A stretch of DNA of 64,000 nucleotides from Mobula hypostoma. Its lineage: Eukaryota. Position 1 is the stretch's first letter; each line of letters opens with the position of its first letter. Below are positions 1-15,100 of the stretch, piece by piece. The position numbers and the translations under genes are program-made. The stretch lies in the NCBI RefSeq assembly GCF_963921235.1, contig NC_086097.1, forward strand, positions 130,884,001 to 130,948,000, written 5' to 3'. The notes below the pieces were generated by a model. The model did not search any database. It was given only the letters and a program-made list of their open reading frames with translations, and was not told the DNA's origin.

Positions 1-499
1 ATAAACAATGATAGTCTTTGTGATATTGCTTTCTCTGCAGACACGTTTTCAGTCACTGGTAATCTGCTATAAATACAAACTCAAAATTGTTGGTGCTTTT
101 GCTGGAAATCGGTCAGTAATTATTTAGCCGATGACAGTTCATTCATGCTTAACTCTGTAAAGTTACGTTAGTCAAACTGTTTTTGGTTTATTTTTTCCCC
201 CTCACTGCAAAAGTTTAATGAATAACAATCTGAAAAGAAACAACCTTGCATTGAACATTAACATCTGTGAGTTTTCCTAGCAACAGCAGCTTTTCCTTTA
301 CTTCTAATTGCTGAAGGCAATGTCAGTGGCAAAGAAAACACAATATTCGAAAATTAACAGCTGTAACTTGAGTCTCTAAATTTATTGTAATGGAATGCTA
401 ATTACTTAAGAACAAATATTTAGAATTACACATCATTGGGTTTAAGCTTCCGGTTTCTTAAGCAAATTATCCATAAAGCTTCAAGATATTTCAACTCAC

Positions 500-580
500 C
501 CGTGTGAAGGTCCCTTCAAAAGTATGAATATCCATTTGTGGCTTCTGAGCATAAACATGGGCACTGATTGTAAAAAGATC
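500..580 (-). CDS. ATP9B: Coding exon of P4-type phospholipid flippase ATP9B (81 nt, phase 0/0): [27 protein letters not shown]
   Basis: Minus strand reads tttaatttacag|GATCTTTTTACA...TTCACACGG|gtgagt, with canonical AG/GT and 27 open codons. The peptide closely matches ATP9B as I recall it ([27 protein letters not shown]) rather than ATP9A (AEEPNIDIH). Confidence 0.95.
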
Positions 581-2499
581 CTGTAAATTAAACAGGGCAG
601 AGAGTCAAAAATGAAAAAGTGCCCCTATTCAAATGGAGGAAAGGTAAAATTAAGGCTCTGATGTATTTTGTCTTAAAATACCTTTTCAGAAATGACAATG
701 TTTTTCATTTATATGTATAAAAACGTGTTCCATTCAAGGCCAAAAATATTATTCCTGGAGAACAGTGTGCCTTTGTATCATGATCTCAGTGCTTTAAAAT
801 TAGCACTGAATAATACAGTGCATTAAATCACTTTACAAATCACAGATAAAAGAACGCATTAGAAAGTGAAGTACTTTTAAAAGAAAATGTTTGTGTAAAA
901 ATTACAGCTGTATCAGCAAAGAGGTTTTCGTCTACTTAAATTTTAGAAAAGTTCTGTCTCATGCTTCAGTTTAAACATGTTTAAATACAAATAATGGATC
1001 TATTGGAATTTTAAGAAGGGCTGAGAATGACAAATGAAATGAATAACTAACAATACGATGATTTTGCAGAATTACTTAAAACATCTCATTACACAATTTC
1101 AATTAGTCTGTCATATTATAAAATCAATGAAAGTGAAAAGCTTTCAGTAAAGCTGGAAACAGTTTTACATTTCATTATTCATCAATTAAACCAACAGCTC
1201 TCACACTTAGTATTACCAAGCATTTGACAAATGCCTTTTAACTGCTTTTATTCTGTATGATTGAATGCGAAGGTCATGTTAATTATCCCTTGTAAACTAG
1301 TCTATATACATATAATTTATAGAAATCATGTTACATAAAAAAAAATCATCTGACTTGTGAAAGGACAAAAAACTCAACGATGTCAAGAATTCAAAGGTTG
1401 GAAATGTGAAGTAATTAGCATATATGAACGAAGCAAACCATGAGCAATACTTCATATTTCGATGTTGCAATATATGGGAGTGCATATCCATACAAGAAAA
1501 TCATGATCACAATACATAGCCGCCCAAATATGGTAAGAGGTTTAGCTGACAGCGTCCTTCACAAAAAGTATTCCATCAACATGATGGCATTAAAAATACG
1601 ACTAAACAAATATAAGGATATATTTCCCACATGGTTGAACAGCATTCATGGAAAGTTACAAATTATTTTGATCTAGACTTTGATCGATCCCCATACTAAT
1701 TAAGACACTGATGTCATGTGAAAATTGGAGACAAAGGATAGGTTCAGTATTCAAAATTACGTGATTAAATAATTAAAGAAAATATATTTTAATGGGGAAG
1801 GGAAGATTTAAAGTGGACCAAATTTTAGTAAAAATATAGAGAAATATGTAACTTGCAAATGAATACAGATAATTCAATTTGACAATGAACCTTTTAATTT
1901 AAAAAGATTAAATATTTTCAACCTCGTGAGAAGACAAGCTTTTTCTCCGGTCAGAGGGAACTTGGGGCGGGCAGAGGGAGGTGAATCTTCAATGAGGACT
2001 TATCAATTTACTTCAAAAGAGGACTGAATATCCCAGAGGTAATAGTTAAGGTTGTAAGGAAGGAGAAAACATGTACAGAACAGGTGTGCATCAAATTCAG
2101 AAGAGTGAGAAAGTCCAAATGAATATTCCCGAGAATTTGCAGGATTATTACTGGCTGTAAAGTAGTAAATATAGCTATCCTTCAATGGATTGAACAGATG
2201 GAGGTAAAGTGCTCTTGGTCTCTTAAAAATATGTCAGATAATCCTTTCTTGCTATTTTCGTTGACTTTAGTCAATTGGATTGCTCTTTACTACCAATATA
2301 CACATTCTTTTAAACAAAAAAACTTCCATTAATGAGTTTGCAGGTTTGCTTACAGGTAAGTTTATTTGTTTCATTTTCAAAATCATGATAACAATTTAAA
2401 AATCATAACAGCACAATATGTCAAGGTGCTTTCTGGAGTGGTAATGATGTTGACCAGGAATATTAGACCGGACAAGCCAAGTTATGAGAAACAAATTTT

Positions 2500-3470
2500 T
2501 CTCATTTTGCTTTCTCTCAGCCAACTATTCATCTGATTCACACTTATGCTTCCTATACTTGCATACACAGCTCTGCATTGATCTGCTTCCACCAGCTTTA
2601 TGTCCTATCCAATGAAGGTAGATGTGCCATGTGCCTTCTTCCCGATCTTGTCTATTACTTCCAAGGAACCATGTGCTTGCACCCCAAGCACACCGTTCAG
2701 TAACACATCTCAAGGCCCTGTCATTCACTGCATTCATCCTATCCGGGTTTAACTTTCCAAAAAAGATGCAGTTTGCGTTTGTCAGACTAAAATTCTATCT
2801 GCAATTCTCTGCCCACTTTCCCTGTTGTCCAAGATCCTGTTGAAGCCCTAAACAACTTTCTGCACTGTAGACTAAAGCATCAACTTCTGGTGTTTTCTCA
2901 AGCTTACTAATCATACCACTTACATTCTCGTCCAAATTATTAACTTTCATGACAAACAGTGAATCCAGCTCAGATGATCTGTGGCACAAAACCGGGTCAC
3001 AGGCCTGAAATCTGAAAAACCAAGCCAGTTACCATCAATGCCATTTGAAACCATGGTTGCAGTAAAATCTTATCATAAATCAACAACTGCTGCCTGGTCT
3101 AAACTTGGACAGAATCTACCAAAATCATCAATCCACCATCTAGTCTCCTCCCATCAAGCTAATTTTATATCCAATTGGGTAAGCACACATTTAATTCCTC
3201 GTGATCTAACCTTCCAGAATTACCTACCAATTAGGAACCTTATCAAAGCCTCACTAAAGTCCAAGTAGACATCATCAACTGTCCTGCCCTTGTCAATCAA
3301 TTTTGTAAGACAGTATCATGATTACCCCTTATTTGTCCTTGACTTTCCACATGCAGAGAGATCCAGTATCTCAGAATCCTTTCCAGTAGCTTTCCCACCA
3401 TTTCTATTAGGCTCACTGGCTTATAATTTCCTGGCACGTCCAAGGAGATTTTCTTGGCAATATTCGTAAC
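2500..3470 (-). mobile_element. Old degenerate CR1-clade LINE ORF2 (RT) fragment
   Basis: ORF remnants PGNYKPVSLIEMVGKLLERILR (3297-3479) and a degenerate ISKFADDTK-like region (2795-2989). Boundaries approximate. Confidence 0.6.
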
Positions 3471-3473
3471 CTC

Positions 3474-3568
3474 ACACAAAATGTTGGAGGAATGCAGCCT
3501 GCTGAGTTTCTTCAGTATTTTGTGTGCGTTTCTTGGATTTCCAGCATCTGCAGATTTTCTCTTGTTTG
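3474..3568 (+). mobile_element. Old Penelope-like 3' terminal fragment with short fold-back
   Basis: cacacaaaatgttggaggaa...gctgagtttcttcagtattttgtgtg hairpin followed by the family terminus tttccagcatctgcagattttctcttgtttg. Confidence 0.55.
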
Positions 3569-4774
3569 ATATCAGGCATCTGCTAGTTTTTCTGTATTCT
3601 ACTCATGGCCAAAGAAGGTACAAAAATCATTGCCAGGGACCTGCTATTCACGAGACCATCCAGAATGAAGCATTCATCTCATTATTTAAAATGTTGAAGT
3701 ATCAGAAATAATTTACTGGATTATCAATTACCTGAAACTGTGGGATAGCAATGTTTTGGGTGGGGGAGGGGTTGTAAAGAAAGTGGGGAGGTTGGACACA
3801 CTAAGCCTCTATCCACTGTATTTTAGAACAGTGAGACAGAAAAGGAAACTTCCTCTCTAGCACAAGGTCTGTGGAGAGGAACTTTCTTTTGTGAGAGAAT
3901 CTAAAACTAGAGGGCCAGTTTAAAAATACAGAGCTATCCATTTAAGAATAAGATAAATCGTTCTTAAAGGGTTTAAAATGGTCTTACTTAAGAGAAGAGG
4001 AAGCAGAATCTTTGAATATTTTAACAAAGGTTATAGAATATAAAGGTAAATAGATTATAGAAATATGGACAAAAGTTTACCATGGATAGATAGTAATGCA
4101 GGAGAGGTTGCATTCAGATTAGCCAACATCTTATTACACACAGAGCTGGCACAGGAATGAGTGGCCTATGCCTGTAACTAATTTGTATTTTTGCAACTGA
4201 CCTATTATATAAGGTTTCATTTCTTGATTCTTCCTCTTTTCACAAGCTTTTGGAACACACTTTTTTTTTATTTCTGCCAGCTTTCTTCAGTGAATTTTGC
4301 TTGTAATGTCTGCAGATCCACTGGAGCTGTTCGACATAACTTTATTAAAATAGGAAGTCAATGACATCTTACTGCCCCTCCAGCATAAGACAAATGTGAT
4401 CTCCTGCCAAGCTGCATCTCAATATTACAATCTTCATTCCTAGCACATTTCCATCCTCAGGGCACAGTTGCCAGCGAAGTTTTTTTTCAACAAATTTAAT
4501 TGTATTGATATTGGTAAAGAAGCTCCCTCCTGGACTTAAGCAAATAGAATTGACTGATAAGCCAATGAAATGCTGCATGAGTATTGCTATGTATCACCCT
4601 GCACACGAGACTTCCAACTTAAGGTTGCTACATATTTTTGATATTCAAATAAACATTGATAATAGTATAATGATACTCAGATTAGTACAGAATTCTCCAG
4701 AAATCCGGTTCTATCTTCAGCTACACCATAAGGAAACAATCTTTTTTTTGTTTGTTTGCGTCATTGCTATTTGA

Positions 4775-5460
4775 AATAGAGTCACACAACACAGAAACAA
4801 GCTCCTCGACCCAAATAGTTCATGCCAACCAAGACACCCATCCAAGCTTGTCCCAGATGTTCAAGTTTAGTCCACATCCTTCTAAACTTTTCCTATCCTT
4901 GTACCTGCCCAGCTGCCTTTTAAAATTTATTATTGTATCTGCATCAACCACTTCCTCTGGGAGCTCCTTTCATATACATAATTACCCTTTATATAAAAAT
5001 AGTTGCTCCTTGTGTTTCTATTAAATCATTGTCTTCTCACCTGAACCTATGCCCTCTGGTTCTTGATTCCTCAACCCTGGAAACAGAGACTGAGTACGTT
5101 CACCCTATATATGCCCTTCATGAGTTTATACACCTCTATAAAGATTGCCACTTATTCCCATACACTCCAATGGATCAAGTTCTAAGCCATCCAATCACTC
5201 TGAATTACTCAGTCCCTTCATTTCTGGAAACACACTTGCTAATTATTTCTAGGAAGAAGTACAGTTGACGTTTCGGGGGTCTCGGCCCGAAACGTCGACT
5301 GTACTTCTTCCTATAGGTGCTGCCTGGCCTGCTGCGTTCCACCAGCATTTTGTGTGTGTTGCTTGAATTTCCGGCATCTGCAGATTTCGTGTTTGCTAAT
5401 TATTTCTATACTCTTTACAGTTTAATAACATCTTTCATACGAACAGGGTGACCAAAATCT
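4775..5460 (-). mobile_element. CR1 3'-end fragment, interrupted by the PLE insertion at 5236-5408
   Basis: Resembles the reverse complement of CR1 3' ends elsewhere in the window (e.g. 63640-64000). Boundaries approximate. Confidence 0.55.
5236..5408 (+). mobile_element. Short PLE-terminal fold-back insertion with 16-bp TSD
   Basis: TSD ttgctaattatttcta at 5236-5251 and 5393-5408. Inverted arms taggaagaagtacagttgacgtttcggg / cccgaaacgtcgactgtacttcttccta. Ends in gcatctgcagatttcgtg. Confidence 0.85.
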
Positions 5461-8400
5461 TGCTACAAAATGATAGGTGCCATGGTTCCTCCAATACAAT
5501 AGTCACTGCATGTCAATGATTTGAGTGGCACTACAAAAAGTAGCATATAAATGCATTTCCATCTCCTTACAAGTTGCATCCTTGCTAGGTTTTTCCTTAA
5601 TGTCATACTTATCTAAATGCCATCTCTTCCATCAATCACATAATCTGACTTCAGTAATCACATTATCTGGCTTTGTCAATCTGAATACAATTTCCTCTTG
5701 TTTATGGAATTGTTTATGTCACAAAGCAAGTTGATTCTGCAACTGAACTGCTCTTGGATCAGACCTGATTTAATGTAGTCAGCTGCATTATTTCACACTA
5801 CCTATCTGCTTAGCCATGCAGGGTTGTGATTAACGTCTTAGTGTAGGTATTCAACGTAATCTTTTTCATATTCAAACTATTTATCTCAAAAATAACCACT
5901 TATGTAAGAAAACATATCCTGTTCTATCTGTTTGTACAGTGATTTCTGCAAAGATCATTCTACCTCAACTGAACTCTGCAATAAGTACAATAAGTCCTTT
6001 GAGTACATCTCCTGGGTTTAGCCCTGCCTATACAAAGGTCTCGTCCGTGTCTATTCTAATAAGTTCAGAAATGCCTCATTGGAATTTCCAGCCACTTTGC
6101 AGGCTCTTAAACATGTTTTTGGCCTCGACTCCCAAGCATTAAAAAGTTTATGAAGTCAGTACAAAAGATAGGTTTTTTCCAAAGTTGTTCTTGGGAGTTA
6201 GACTAAAGTTATAAACTATTTTCCTATTAGCCCAACTAATTCCTTTCGCACAATATACTTCATTTTGTTGCACAAAAGGGAGAAGGCTATGGTAAGTCAG
6301 TCATTTTGATAAAGGCAGACCTGATTATATCTTCGCCCAAGTAACGCACATGCACACGAGGTTTAATGACTTACCTGTAAGATGGAATCTCTGACAATAT
6401 AGTGGTGCCTTAATAAAGTACTGGATCATCAACTTAGATTTTTGATTACATGTATAGGGACGCAATTAAAAGAACAAATGCCTCATCTAATTTAAAGTGC
6501 CTTCCCCTGTGATTGCTGAAAATACATAGCAGTCTCCAATTCAAATTGCAAAGTTTGCACAATATTTGCACAGTACAAAATTTCCTCAATTTTTGCAGAA
6601 ATTAGTTCATCCAAATTTTTAAGTTGAAGTATATCTTACATGAATGGAACTAGTTTTTTTAAAACTTAAAATATTCACCTATTTTGTTATCCTTAAGCTT
6701 AACACATAATTAGGCACAGCAGTTTTTATGGATTCTTTAAAAAATTGATAGTTTCAAGATAAATCCTAGATACTGCTTCATTGTTCTAAATATAATAATA
6801 AAGCTTACAGTGAGCTAATCTTTGAGAAAATATATCTTAACCATCGAGGCCTAAAATGAAAACAATTTAGGTAAACAACTATTTCTAACAGTCCTCCTGT
6901 AATTTTCCCAAATAATCTCTTAATAATGCATGATCAATTTAATTGAAGTATCTTTTAAATTATGTTTTAATTCATGCATTTGTAGCAGATGTGCCATTTT
7001 TCCCCACTGGGTACAGAAATATAGTGATCATGCACAGTTAAATTTCCCCAAATCTTTTGAGTATTCAGTGACAAAGTTTTGGGATCACTTCTAGTATAAG
7101 ACATACTGATAAGGGAAACAAAGGAGGATGTGTTTTAATTTTTTGCCTTCAAACAAGGAAAATCATAGTATACCATTTCTGTTAGGTGGATAATTTACAA
7201 GATCTTTTAAGTTTATTGTGAAAATAAATTAGTAAACCACTCTGAGAAGTGAAGTACTCTAATGTTTTTATGGGAATAGAATCCAATTTATCCAAAATGA
7301 CTTCCATAAGTAGAAGCAAAACTGCAGTTGACTTTTTTGTACGCCTTATTAAATTCAGATATTGTTTCTAAATTTTTGAACGAGCTACTTGATCTTCAAA
7401 TTTCAATATTTATTTGCTTCAGGTGCAGAAGGGAAGGATCAAATTAGTGTGTAAAGGAAACTATTCAACATTTTTTTTTAAAGCAAAAGGCAATAATTCT
7501 TCTAATCCAAATTCATGAAAGCCAGGTTATAGCCAAGAAATTTACAGAAATTCTTTGAAACTATAATGGAATTGATGGAAGAGATTAACACGACATTCAG
7601 AACGTAAATGGGATAATAAGCAAGAGACTTGCAGCTTAAGGAAATGATTTCAGAGTAAAGGGGAATATTATAAATTGGATTACAAACTACATAATAGAAA
7701 GTCAAGAACTGTGATCACTGGGACAGGTTCAAATGGCTAACAATGTACACGTAATTGTCTCACTTTAAACATGGGTCTCTAGAATATGCCATATTTGCAT
7801 TAATCCCGATTATGGCATCAATAATAGGATTAACGCTGCAGTTAACAAGCATGTGGATTTTATAGGGTTCCACTTAGAGATGCTAAGATTTTGCAGCCTT
7901 GGAGCTAGTTAATCTTTGGACTTCACAAACAAAGCTCTAAACTTAATATCACAATTCTGTTAGCTATTTCCTCTCAATCACAATGGGGAATCTGCAGCCT
8001 CATTTTGTGTCAGACACTACCTCCATGAGTATATCCTTCCAAATGGCATGGTACAACAGGCCTTAGGCCAGACTGATTAACCGCTGACCACTAGATTATC
8101 TTCCGTATGACTTCAGCCATTGGAATGTTTTTCCACTGATACCCACTGTCTTTAGTTTTTATCAGAGCTCCTTGATGTGTAACTCTAAAGCTACTTTGAC
8201 TTTATGGACTGTCACTTGGACTCTTTGCTTTGCAACACAGTTAGCACTGAGGTTGCGCTGCGGTCTGGAACCCAGTGGTCCTAGCATATCTCATATGGGC
8301 CATTGGTGAACAGGTTACTGATTCATAATCATTATGATGACTCTTCCATTGCTTTGCTGATGGCTGAGTATAGACTACTTAGATGGTAATAATCTGATTG

Positions 8401-8899
8401 GATTTGTTCTTTCTAGGAATGCTACATACCAAAACGACTTCCCTTGTTGGCGTATCAATGTCAATCTACTTGAACAGCTCAGCTGGAGGTACGGTTGATT
8501 TGGGGACACATTTTCTTGCCGCAGTCTGGTCCCATAGGCTTTTCATTATTCGGTGCTCGCAGCTACTTGTGATATGTGGGGTGAACTGAATTGACAGATT
8601 TTTTTTCCATAACAGTAAGGATCCTGGGAGAGTACCAAAATGAAATTTATAACTTTTAGCTGAATACAGCTGCAAATCTTTCATCTTTTGGACTGACATT
8701 CTACATCCTTGTCAATGTGAGGATCAAGATTTTATTTAAACACAGAGTGGAGGTATGTGGAATATGTTACCAGACTTAGTAATGGAAGCAGACAATCTGA
8801 TGTTTAGACCATAAGACCATAAGACAAAGGAGCAGAAGTCGGTCATTCAGCCCATCGAGTCTGCTCCGCCATTTTATCATGAGCAGATCCATTCTCTCA

Positions 8900-11700
8900 T
8901 TTAGTCCCACTACCCTGCCTTCTCACCATAACCTTTGATGCCCTGGCTAGTCAGATACCTATCAATCTCTGCCTTAAATACACCCAATGACTTGGCCTCC
9001 ACTGCCCATGGCAACAAATTTCATAGATTCACCACCCTCTGGCTAAAAAAAATTTCTTCACATTTCTGTTCTGAATGGGCGCCCTTCAATCCTTAAGTCA
9101 TGCCCTCTCATACTAGACTCCCCCATCATGGGGAACAACTTTGCCTCATCCACTCTGTCCGTGCCTTTCAACATTCGAAATGTTTCTATAAGGTCTCCCC
9201 TCATTCTTCGAAACTCCAAGGAATACATTCCAAGAGCGGACAAACGTTCCTCATATGTTAACCCTCTCATTTCCGGAATCATTCTAGTGAATCTTCTCTG
9301 TACCTTCTTCAACATCAGCACATCCTTTCTTAAATAAGGAAACCAAAACTGCCCACAGTACTCCAAGTGAGGTCTCACCAGCGCCTTATGGAGCCTCAAC
9401 ATCACATCCCTGCTCCTATACTCTATTCCTCTAGAAATGAATGCCAACATTGCATTCGCCTTCTTCACTACCGACTCAACCTGGAGGTTAACCTTAAGGG
9501 TATCCTGTACAAGGACTCCCAAGTCCCGTTGCATCTCAGAACCTTGAATTCTTTCCCCATTTAAATAATAGTCTGCCCATTTATTACTTCTGCCAAAGTG
9601 CATAACCATACACTTTCCAACATTGTACTTCATTTGCCACTTCTTTGCCCATTCTTCCAATCTATCCAAGTCTCTCTGCAGACTCTCCGTTTCCTCAGCA
9701 CTACCGGCCCCTCCACCTATCTTCGTATCGTCAGCAAACTTAGCCACAAAGCCAACTATTCAATAATCCAAATCGTTGATGTACAATGTAAAAAGAAGCA
9801 GCCCCAACACGGACCCCTGTGGAACACCACTGGTAACCGGCAGCCAACCAGAATAGGATCCCTTTATTCCCACTCTCTCTTTCCTGCCAATCAGCCAACT
9901 CTCTATTCATGTATGTAACTTTCCCGTAATTCCATGGGCTCTTATCTTGTTAAGTAGCACCTTGTCAAAGGCCTTCTGAAAATCCAAATATACAACATCC
10001 ACTACACCTCCCTTGTCTAGCCTACTGGTAATTTCCTCAAAAAATTGTAATAGGTTTGTCAGGCAGGATTTTCCTTTCAGGAATCCATGTTGAGTTCTGC
10101 CTATCTTATCATATGCCTCTACTCTGTAACCTCATCCGTGACAATTGACTCCAACAACTTCCCAACCACCGATGTCAAACTAACAGGTCTATAATTTCCT
10201 TTTTGCTTCCTTGCCCCCTTGTTAAACAGCGGAGTGACATTTGCAATCTTCCAGTCCTCCGGAACCATGCCAGAATCTATCGACTCTTGAAAGATCATCG
10301 CTAATGCCTCCGCAATTTCCACAGCTTCTTCCTTCAGAACACGCGGGTGCATTTCATCTGGTCCAGGAGATTTATCTACCTTTAGACTATTAAGCTTCCT
10401 GAGTGCTGCCTCTGTCATAATTGTGACTGCACACACTTCTCTTCCCTGCCACCCCTGAGTGTCCGGTATACTGCTGATGTCTTCCTGAGTGAAGACTGAT
10501 GCAAAATACTCGTTCAGTTCCTCTGCCATCTCCTTATCTCCCATTACAATTTCTCCAGTGTCATTTTCTGTCGGTCCTATATCTACTCTCACCTGTCTTT
10601 TACTCTTTATATACTTGGAAAAGCTTTTAGTATCCTCTTTGATATTATTTGCTAGCTTCCTTTCATAGTTAATCTTTTCTCTCTTCATGACCTTCTTAGT
10701 TTCCTTTTGTAAGGTCTTAAAAACTTCCCAATCTTCTGTCTTCCCACTAATTTTTGCTTCCTTGTATGCCCTCTCTTTTGCTTTAACTTTGGCTTTGACT
10801 TCTCTTGTCAACCACGGTTGCATCCTTTTTCCATTCGAAAATTCCTTCTTTTCTGGAATATACCTGTCTTGCACCTTCCTCACTTCTCGCATAAACTCCA
10901 GCCACTGCTGCTCTGCCGTCTTTCCCGCCAGTGTCCCTTTCCAGTCAACTTTGGCCAGTTCCTCTCTCATGCCACTGTAATTTCCTTTACCCCACTGAAA
11001 TACCGACACATCAGATTTCAGCCTCTCTTTTTCAAATGTCACAGTGAACTCAATCATGTTATGATCACTGCCTCCTAAGGGTTCCTTCACCTCAATCTCT
11101 CTAATCACCTCCGGTTCATTACACAATACCCAATCCAGTGCAGCCGATCCCCTAGTGGGCTCAACAACAAGCTGTTCTAAAAAGCCATCTCGCAGACATT
11201 CTACAAATTCTCTCTCGAGATCCAGTGCCAATCTGATCTTCCCAATCCACTCGCATGTTAAAATCCCCCACAATTATCATAACACTGCCCTTCTGACAAG
11301 CCTTTTCTATTTCCTGTTGTAATTTGTAATCCACATCACTGCAGCAAAGTTTGGAGGCCTATAAATAACTGCCATCAGGGTCCTTTTACCCTTGCAATTT
11401 CTTAGCTCAACCCATAAAGATTCTGCACCTTCCAATCCTATATCACCTCTTTCTAATGATTTAATATCATTTCTTACCAATAAAGCCACGCCTCCCCCTC
11501 TGCCTACCTTCCTAACCTTCCGATACACCGTGTATCCTTGGACGTTCGGCTCCCAGAGACATGCATCCTTTAGCCACATCTCAGCGATGGCCACAATATC
11601 ATACCTGCCAATTTGTAGCTGTACGACAAGATCATCCACCTTATTCCTTATGCTGCGTGCATTTAAGTATAACACCTTAAGACCAGTATTTGGTAATTTT
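8900..11700 (-). pseudogene. CR1 ORF2 (APE endonuclease + reverse transcriptase), frameshifted
   Basis: LKVLYLNARSIRNK (APE start), SDHNMIEF, KSPGPDEMHPRVLKE, NYRPVSLTS, KFADDTK and RPHLEYC occur in successive ORF pieces 11307-11825, 10119-11273 and 9058-9747. Confidence 0.92.
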
Positions 11701-12157
11701 CGCTTTGATTTCACTGCAACTTTATTGCACTGCAACTCATCCCAATGGCTACAAATTTGCTCCATCACCTGCCTGTCTTTCTTTTTCAATCTTTTTATTA
11801 ATTTCGAAGTATAGAAACAAAACATAGCAATAATACAAATAGTAGGAGATATTTGTTACACTTACGAAAAGTAATTGTAAAATCAAATAGTGTAAGTTAA
11901 CAAACCTCCCAATCATGTAGAACTGACAACGGATAATACAAATAAAAAAAAACAGCAAAAAAATCATGAAAAAGAAAAAAAAAACAAAAAAAAAACAAAC
12001 CCCATCCCCAAAGAAAAACAAAATTAATCAACTAAACTAAAAGACTTGGGCAAAACTAACAACTTAAAAATGGAAAAGAAGAAAACCTTAGTGTCGACGA
12101 CTCCATTCCCCTCCAACAACAATACAGAGAGATAAAACAAGTTTGGAAATGATCAAA

Positions 12158-15100
12158 TTACATCAAGTGAAAATGCTGAATGAATGGCCTCCAAGTTTTT
12201 TCAAACTTAATGGAAGGGTCATAAACTGCACTTCTAATTTTCTCCAAATTCAAACACACCATAGTTTGTGAAAACCAATGAAATACCTTAGGAGGGTTAA
12301 TCTCTTTCCAATTCAACAAAATGGACCTTCTAGCCGTTAAAGTAAGAAATGCAATCATCCTTCGTGATGAAGAGGTTAAATTATTTAAGTCTATCATTGG
12401 TAGTCCAAAGATAGCAGTAATTGGATGAGGTTGTCAGTCTATGTTTAGGACCGTTGAAATAATATCAAAAATATCTTTCCAATATTTCTCCAACAAGGGA
12501 CATGACCAAAACATGTGGGTTAAAGAAGCTATCTCGAAATGACATCTGTCACATATTGGATTAATGTAAGAGTAATAACGAGATAGTTTATCTTTGGACA
12601 TATGAGCCCTGTGCACTACTTTAAACTGTATCAACCTATGCTTAGCATATACAGAGGATGAATTCACCAACTGAAGAATTTTTTCCCATTTTTCAGTCAG
12701 TATATTAATCTCAAGTTCTCTTTCCCAGTTAGCTTTAATTTTATTAGAAGCATCAGGACATAAATTCATAATTATATTATATATAATTGCTACTACACTT
12801 TTCTGAGAGATTTAAATCTAAGGTTTTTTCCAAAATGTCCATTGGATATGGGTGTGGAAAATTAGGGGAAACAGTAATTAAAAAGTTTCTAATCTGTAAT
12901 CTAAAAAAGTGAGATCTGGGTAAATTATATTTATTAGAGAGTTGATCAAAAGACATAAAACAATTATCCAAAATAAATCGCGACAAGATATTATACCTTT
13001 GGTTTTCCAATCAAAGTAAGCTTGATCCATCGTGGAAGGTCGAAAAAGAAAATTTGATATAATGGGACTTGCTAGAATAAATTGATTAAACACAAAAAAT
13101 CTTTGGAATTGAAACCATATATGTAAAGTATGCTTAACTATTGGGTTATTCATTTGTTTATATGATTTAAAAGAAGTAAAAGGAAGTGAAGTTCCTAAAA
13201 CCGAACCCAAGGAAAACCCTTGTAATGAATTAGATTCAAGATTTACCCAATGAGGGTTTAAAGATACGTCCAAATCTCGTAACCAAAATTTTAAATATTG
13301 AATATTAATTACCCAGTAATAAAATCTAAAATTCGGGAGGGCGAGCCCCCCCTCCTTTTTAGATTTCTGTAGATACCTTTTACCTAACCTAGGATTTTTA
13401 TTCTGCCAAATATATGAGGAAATTTTTGAATCTACGTTATTAAAAAAAGATTTTGGGATGAAAATTGGAACCGATTGGAATATATACAAAAATTTGGGCA
13501 AAATGATCATCTTAATAGCATTAATCCGACCAATCAAAGACAAAGAGATTGGCGACCATTTGGTAAATAAAAGTTTAATCTGATCAATTAAAGGTAAAAA
13601 AAATTAGCTTTAAATAAATCTTTATATTTTTTCGTAATTGTTATCCCTAAATGTATAAATGAATCAGTAACCAATTTAAATGGTAAACATCCATAAGTAG
13701 GTACATGCTTATTTAAAGGGAATTATTCACTCTTATTAAGATTCAATTTGTAACCAGAGAAGTTACTAAATTGAGCTAACAGATCTAAGATAGCAGGAAT
13801 TGACTTCTCCGGGTTAGAGATGTATAACAACAAATCATCTGCATATAATGATAATTCATGTATTTCGTTTCCACGGGTAATACCAACAATATTTGGCGAA
13901 TCATGAATAGCAATTGCTGAAGGTTCAAGAGCAATATTGAATAGCAAAGGATGAAGAGGGCAACCTTGCCTAGTGCCACGAAAAAGACGAAAAAAAGGAG
14001 ATCTATAATTATTTGTACAAACCGAGGCTACCGAGGAGTAATATAACAATTTAATCCAAGATATAAATGTCAAATTAAAATTAAATTTCTCAAGAACATT
14101 AAATAAATAAGGCCATTCAACTCTCTCAAAGGCTTTCTCAGCATCTAAAGAGATAATACATTCCGGGGTAGTAAATGAGGGGGTATAAACAATATTCATT
14201 AACCTCCTAATATTAAAAGATGAATAGCGATTTTTAATAAATCCGGTTTGATCCATAGAAATAATTTGAGGTAACACCTTCTCCAATCTAGTTGTTAGAA
14301 TTTTTGAAAAAATTTTAGAGTAGAGATATCGGTCTGTATGATGCACAATCAGTAGGATCTTTATTCTTTTTAAGAATTAAGGAAATAGAGGCTTCGTAAA
14401 ACGATTGTGGTAATTTACCTAAACTGATTGCTTCCTTGAATATTCTAGACAACTTAGAAGAAAGAATGGAGGAAAAATTTTTTTTTAATTCCACTGTAAA
14501 CCCATCCGGACCGGGTGCTTTACCGGAATTCAATGATGAGATTGCAGTTATTATTTCTTCCTCTGAAACAGAAGTTTCTAATGATAGGGACTCTTCGGCT
14601 AATAATTTCGGAAAACTCAATTTACCTAAAAAATCATGCATGAAATTAGAATCATGAGGAAAATCAGAGTGATACAAAGAGGTATAAAATTCTTGAAAGG
14701 TTTGGTTTATCCCAACATGATCAACTGTGAAAGTATCATCCTGTTTGCGAATCTTAGTAATTTGACGTTTAACCGAATCAAATTTCAATTGGTTGGCCAG
14801 TAATTTACCCGATTTATTGCTATGAATATAAAAATCTCTTCTAGTTCTCATTAATTGATTTTCGATCGAGGATGTTAATAATAAGCTATGTTCCAATTGG
14901 AGTTCAACCTCTGTGTTTGTACAGCTCCTTACTGGGAGAAATAGCATATTTTTTATCGACTTCATTAATTTTATCAACCAACAAAAGTATTTCATTGTTA
15001 ACATGTCTTTTCAAACCGGCCGAATAGGAAATAATCTGACCACGGATATAAGCTTTAAAGGCGTCCCAAACAGTTCCATTGGAAACTTCTTCCGTAGTCT

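Noticed and set aside
6369..6440. Strong minus-strand donor (CAG|GTAAGT at ~6374) suggesting an extra ATP9B exon
   Set aside because: The upstream sequence does not resemble ATP9B, and the two real exons already join in frame. At most a cryptic site.
11749..12021. Hydrophobic Phe-rich 90-aa ORF resembling a membrane peptide
   Set aside because: It is the translation of the T-rich L1 3' UTR.
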